Assembly (NCBI GenBank): GCA_045531965.1 | Contig: JAZSFA010000004.1 | Coordinates: 22,617 to 86,616, forward strand | Reading direction: 5' to 3' | Length of the DNA stretch: 64,000 nucleotides | Source of the DNA: Eubacteriales bacterium | Lineage (GTDB): Bacteria; Bacillota; Clostridia; Oscillospirales; CAG-272 | Part shown: positions 61,451 to 64,000 of the stretch, one piece after another | Position numbering within the stretch: the stretch's first letter is position 1 | Layout: each line of letters opens with the position of its first letter | Position numbers and translations under genes: made by a program | Notes under the pieces: model-generated | What the model was told of the DNA's origin: nothing | Seen by the model: only the letters and a program-made list of their open reading frames with translations | Database searches by the model: none

Positions 61451-62914
61451 ATGCTAAAACGGCATTTGATTTTATGGATTGGTCTTTTCAGCCTTTTGTG
61501 GGTATTCGCAGCTTGTGCCGGGGAAACCTCGCATGCTGCAAACGAAAGCGATACCTCCGAAGAGACAACGCTTGAAGCGCTTGAATCAGAGCGCCCGACA
61601 GAGGAGGAAACCGAGGCGCAAACAGAATCTCCTTATCTGATCTCGGATCCTACCCGCATAGACCTGACCGAATTTGATGCTAAGCTGCTGCGCCCCACCT
61701 TCCTGCGCGGAAATGCGGCGTACCCCGAGCTGTGCGACGAAGGTGTCAAATTCATCGGACGGGGAGAGTCCCGAGACCCCTGCGTAACCTGGAACGTCAG
61801 CAGTATGTATAAAGCCGCAGGTTATCCGCTGTCCGCAGATGGTGAGTCGTACGTGCCCTTCACCCCTGAGGAAAAGAAGGTCATTGTGTTCAAGATCCAG
61901 GCCGAGTGGGGCGGTGCCTTTGAGATGTTTTACGCTACCGAAGGCCGCACCTCAGCCAAGGCTGGATATTCCCTGACCGAGGTTTACGGAGGAGATTCCG
62001 AGTTTTTCGGCGAGCGTGTCTGGCAGTACATTATTTTTGAAGCCGATGAGACGACCCGTGGTTGGACCACCCGCTTCAACGACGGCTTCCGATTGGATTT
62101 TACCAACTACCTGGAGAAGGATGACACCTTCTTGGTTGGAAAGATCGCATTTTGTGCCGATCGCGCCGAGGCTGAGGCCTTCATCGCCGAGGACAAGGGC
62201 GAGCCCGCTCCTATTCCTGAAGTGCCCAAGGGCTACTATGTCTGTCTCTACGAGGATCGTCTCCACATTCCCGAGGACAATGTTTTGGGAGATGTATTCT
62301 CCTCCTTGGACAGCGCCGTGAAGCGTTGCGACAGACAAAAGCAGTTCGGCTATCGCGTCGCTAATGAAAAGGGTGAGATTGTCTATACACCCTATACGTT
62401 GCTCCAATGCAACCTTCTCCGCGAAGGAAAATACATTACCGAATACGCCAAGGAAGAGCGGTTCAAGTACGGCGATTCCTGCACCAATCCCGGTATCAAT
62501 CACCGTCCCCACCGCACCAGCTGCGACCGCTTGGTGGACTGGATCCTGTATCGGGCGGGCTTTACGGATCAGCCCACCGTCCAGGGCTGTGTGGTATCGA
62601 ACCTCCACGACTGGTGCCGCGAGATGGGCTTTGAGCGGATCACCCGCATTGAGGATCTGAAGGCGGGCGACATTATCTTTGTCAATCCCCATCCCTCCGA
62701 CGGTGGCCCACAGCACGTCTTTATGCTGGCGGAGGATGCGGTGAACGGGCAGGCGTTGCGCTATGACCATGGTTCGGATCACCGTATCATGTCCAACCAA
62801 CCCACCAAGGAACCCGTCAGCTATGGCGACGCCCCCTTCCTGTTTGCTTACCGTCCGGTTGCCACAGAGGAAAACAATGTTTTCTATGAAACGTTATACG
62901 CTGAGAAAAATTGA
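61451..62914 (+). CDS. lipoprotein, possible NlpC/P60-like C-terminus
   Basis: Signal peptide plus lipobox LLWVFAAC, acidic Ser/Thr/Glu linker. The C-terminal SCDRLVDWILYRAGF...HVFML segment resembles a Cys-His peptidase core (weak). Confidence 0.55.
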   Translation: MLKRHLILWIGLFSLLWVFAACAGETSHAANESDTSEETTLEALESERPTEEETEAQTESPYLISDPTRIDLTEFDAKLLRPTFLRGNAAYPELCDEGVKFIGRGESRDPCVTWNVSSMYKAAGYPLSADGESYVPFTPEEKKVIVFKIQAEWGGAFEMFYATEGRTSAKAGYSLTEVYGGDSEFFGERVWQYIIFEADETTRGWTTRFNDGFRLDFTNYLEKDDTFLVGKIAFCADRAEAEAFIAEDKGEPAPIPEVPKGYYVCLYEDRLHIPEDNVLGDVFSSLDSAVKRCDRQKQFGYRVANEKGEIVYTPYTLLQCNLLREGKYITEYAKEERFKYGDSCTNPGINHRPHRTSCDRLVDWILYRAGFTDQPTVQGCVVSNLHDWCREMGFERITRIEDLKAGDIIFVNPHPSDGGPQHVFMLAEDAVNGQALRYDHGSDHRIMSNQPTKEPVSYGDAPFLFAYRPVATEENNVFYETLYAEKN

Positions 62915-62934
62915 TGCCATCAGGAGGTAAGATC

Positions 62935-64000
62935 ATGCGAAATTTTGTCAAAAAATGTCTGTTATGTTTGCTGACCGCTGCCATGCTTTTGGGAAGCTTT
63001 GCCTGTACGGGGACAGACCCCGGGGAAACAGAAGGTCAAACCGATCTTCTGACCGAAGCTCCCGGTTTGGATTCGGGAAGTTCTACAGAACAAGAAACAG
63101 ATCCTGTGATTGAGGTGGATCGTACCCAGCCTCAAAAGGGCACATTCGCCTCTGCCACCGAGCTAACCTTTGAAAAACAGGATATTTCCTTGGTTGAAAA
63201 AACCATCACAGAGGAATATGAATTTATTTCCTCCAAGGAATCCGGTACCGTCTTTACCATTGGCGAGGGTAAGTCCAATGGTAATACGGTGTCACTCTTC
63301 CCCAAGACCGTGGCTTCTTTGGGTATTGGTTTGAAGTTTAATGAAGACGTCATCGCAAGATACCAGTTCCGACTCACTGCTTCGGATCCCGACGCAAGCT
63401 ATAATGCTGCCTACTTGGGTCTCCGCCTCAACAGCACGGGCGCCGCACCCAACCACGAATCCGCCCGTGTATGGATTCTGATGAAGGATAATAAGATTGG
63501 TATGCGAACAGGCGCCTGGCCCAACTGTACCTTGGTGGATGTCCCCTTGGACTTCTCCAAGGGTGAGTTGATATACGTGGAGGATAACCCCACCACCAAT
63601 ATCATCTCTATGTTCTATGACAAAGACGGTACTAAAACGCCTTTGGCTACCATGAAGATCACCGATACACAGATTGACTTATACCTGGAAGGAAGCGAGA
63701 AGCCCGCCATCACCGAAAAGCTGACAGAACCCGTCAACAAGACCGGCTATGCTCGCGTTTGGACACACCATATGAAAAACACCGTTAAGATCACCGACAT
63801 CAAGGTCTCGGGTTCTACAACCGTGACCACCTCTAACCCCGTGGATATGCTGACCTCCCGTGACGTGTTCTCTGACACGTGGGTGGCGACCGACGACGTG
63901 GGACGCGTGACCCCTACGGGCTCTGACACAGGAACAGTCACAGATAAGAAGGTGGGCATCTTCTATTTCATGTGGCATAATGCCTCCAAGCAGGGCGAAA
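62935..64000 (+). CDS. lipoprotein, 3' end outside window
   Basis: AGGAGG SD, MRNFVKKCLLCLLTAAMLLGSFAC lipobox; the frame is open to nt 64000 (absent from the ORF track because it has no stop); ends ..KKVGIFYFMWHN. Confidence 0.6.
   Translation, partial: MRNFVKKCLLCLLTAAMLLGSFACTGTDPGETEGQTDLLTEAPGLDSGSSTEQETDPVIEVDRTQPQKGTFASATELTFEKQDISLVEKTITEEYEFISSKESGTVFTIGEGKSNGNTVSLFPKTVASLGIGLKFNEDVIARYQFRLTASDPDASYNAAYLGLRLNSTGAAPNHESARVWILMKDNKIGMRTGAWPNCTLVDVPLDFSKGELIYVEDNPTTNIISMFYDKDGTKTPLATMKITDTQIDLYLEGSEKPAITEKLTEPVNKTGYARVWTHHMKNTVKITDIKVSGSTTVTTSNPVDMLTSRDVFSDTWVATDDVGRVTPTGSDTGTVTDKKVGIFYFMWHNASKQGE

Noticed and set aside
1-64000. tRNA, rRNA, tmRNA, RNase P and SRP RNA genes.
   Set aside because: Scanning by eye found no T-arm GGTTCGAATCC-type boxes in a cloverleaf context and no conserved cores of these RNAs. 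A tRNAscan-SE/Infernal run would be needed for certainty.

Overview
All calls below come from reading motifs by eye; no database search was run. The window looks like a GC-rich Clostridia-type chromosome (AGGAGG-type ribosome-binding sites, TTGACA/TATAAT promoters) carrying about 28 kb of accessory DNA on its left side.

Block 1 (1-17.2 kb) is very AT-rich.
- It holds two sets of apparently intact enzymes. The first is MBL hydrolase, APH-fold kinase, adenosine-deaminase-fold protein, Zn-dehydrogenase and radical SAM/SPASM. The second is a CapK/PaaK-like ligase, a second radical SAM and a Nudix hydrolase.
- A decay zone separates them: two dead GT2 genes, a dead SDR, a dead adenylation domain and a dead copy of an unknown family, surrounding an intact Sfp-type PPTase.
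- A frameshifted IS66-family element lies just after the second set, with readable 14-bp inverted repeats and an 8-bp target duplication.

Block 2 (about 17.3-27.5 kb, intermediate GC) is a compact integrative element.
- It has an XRE repressor with repeated operator-like motifs, a zinc-ribbon protein and an HTH protein.
- It contains a ~340-nt GC-rich hairpin-dense non-coding stretch.
- Its cargo is two translationally coupled ParB-fold proteins, a MazF toxin with no upstream antitoxin, and a GIY-YIG/T5orf172-type protein.
- It ends in three tandem serine-recombinase-family genes; the middle one lacks the catalytic domain.

Junction (27.6-30.3 kb): an AT-rich 3-TM protein, a DDE transposase remnant, a ~205-bp terminator-plus-hairpin repeat family, and an ATGAAGC/GCTTCAT hairpin ladder.

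Block 3 (30.3-64 kb, GC-rich core):
- ktrB/ktrA-like K+ uptake, GH43, transporters, two Gfo/Idh/MocA oxidoreductases, pyruvate kinase, an AraC regulator, a GH36-like enzyme and lipoproteins.
- A single 13.4-kb gene for a ~4,450-aa surface protein: S8 protease, then dozens of BspA-type LRRs, then a 195-bp-period Cys/His-rich tandem array.

I recognised no rRNA, tRNA or CRISPR array. The best candidates for something undescribed are the AT-rich two-radical-SAM enzyme island, the nucleic-acid-directed cargo plus structured RNA of the recombinase element, and the giant protease-LRR-Cys-repeat protein.
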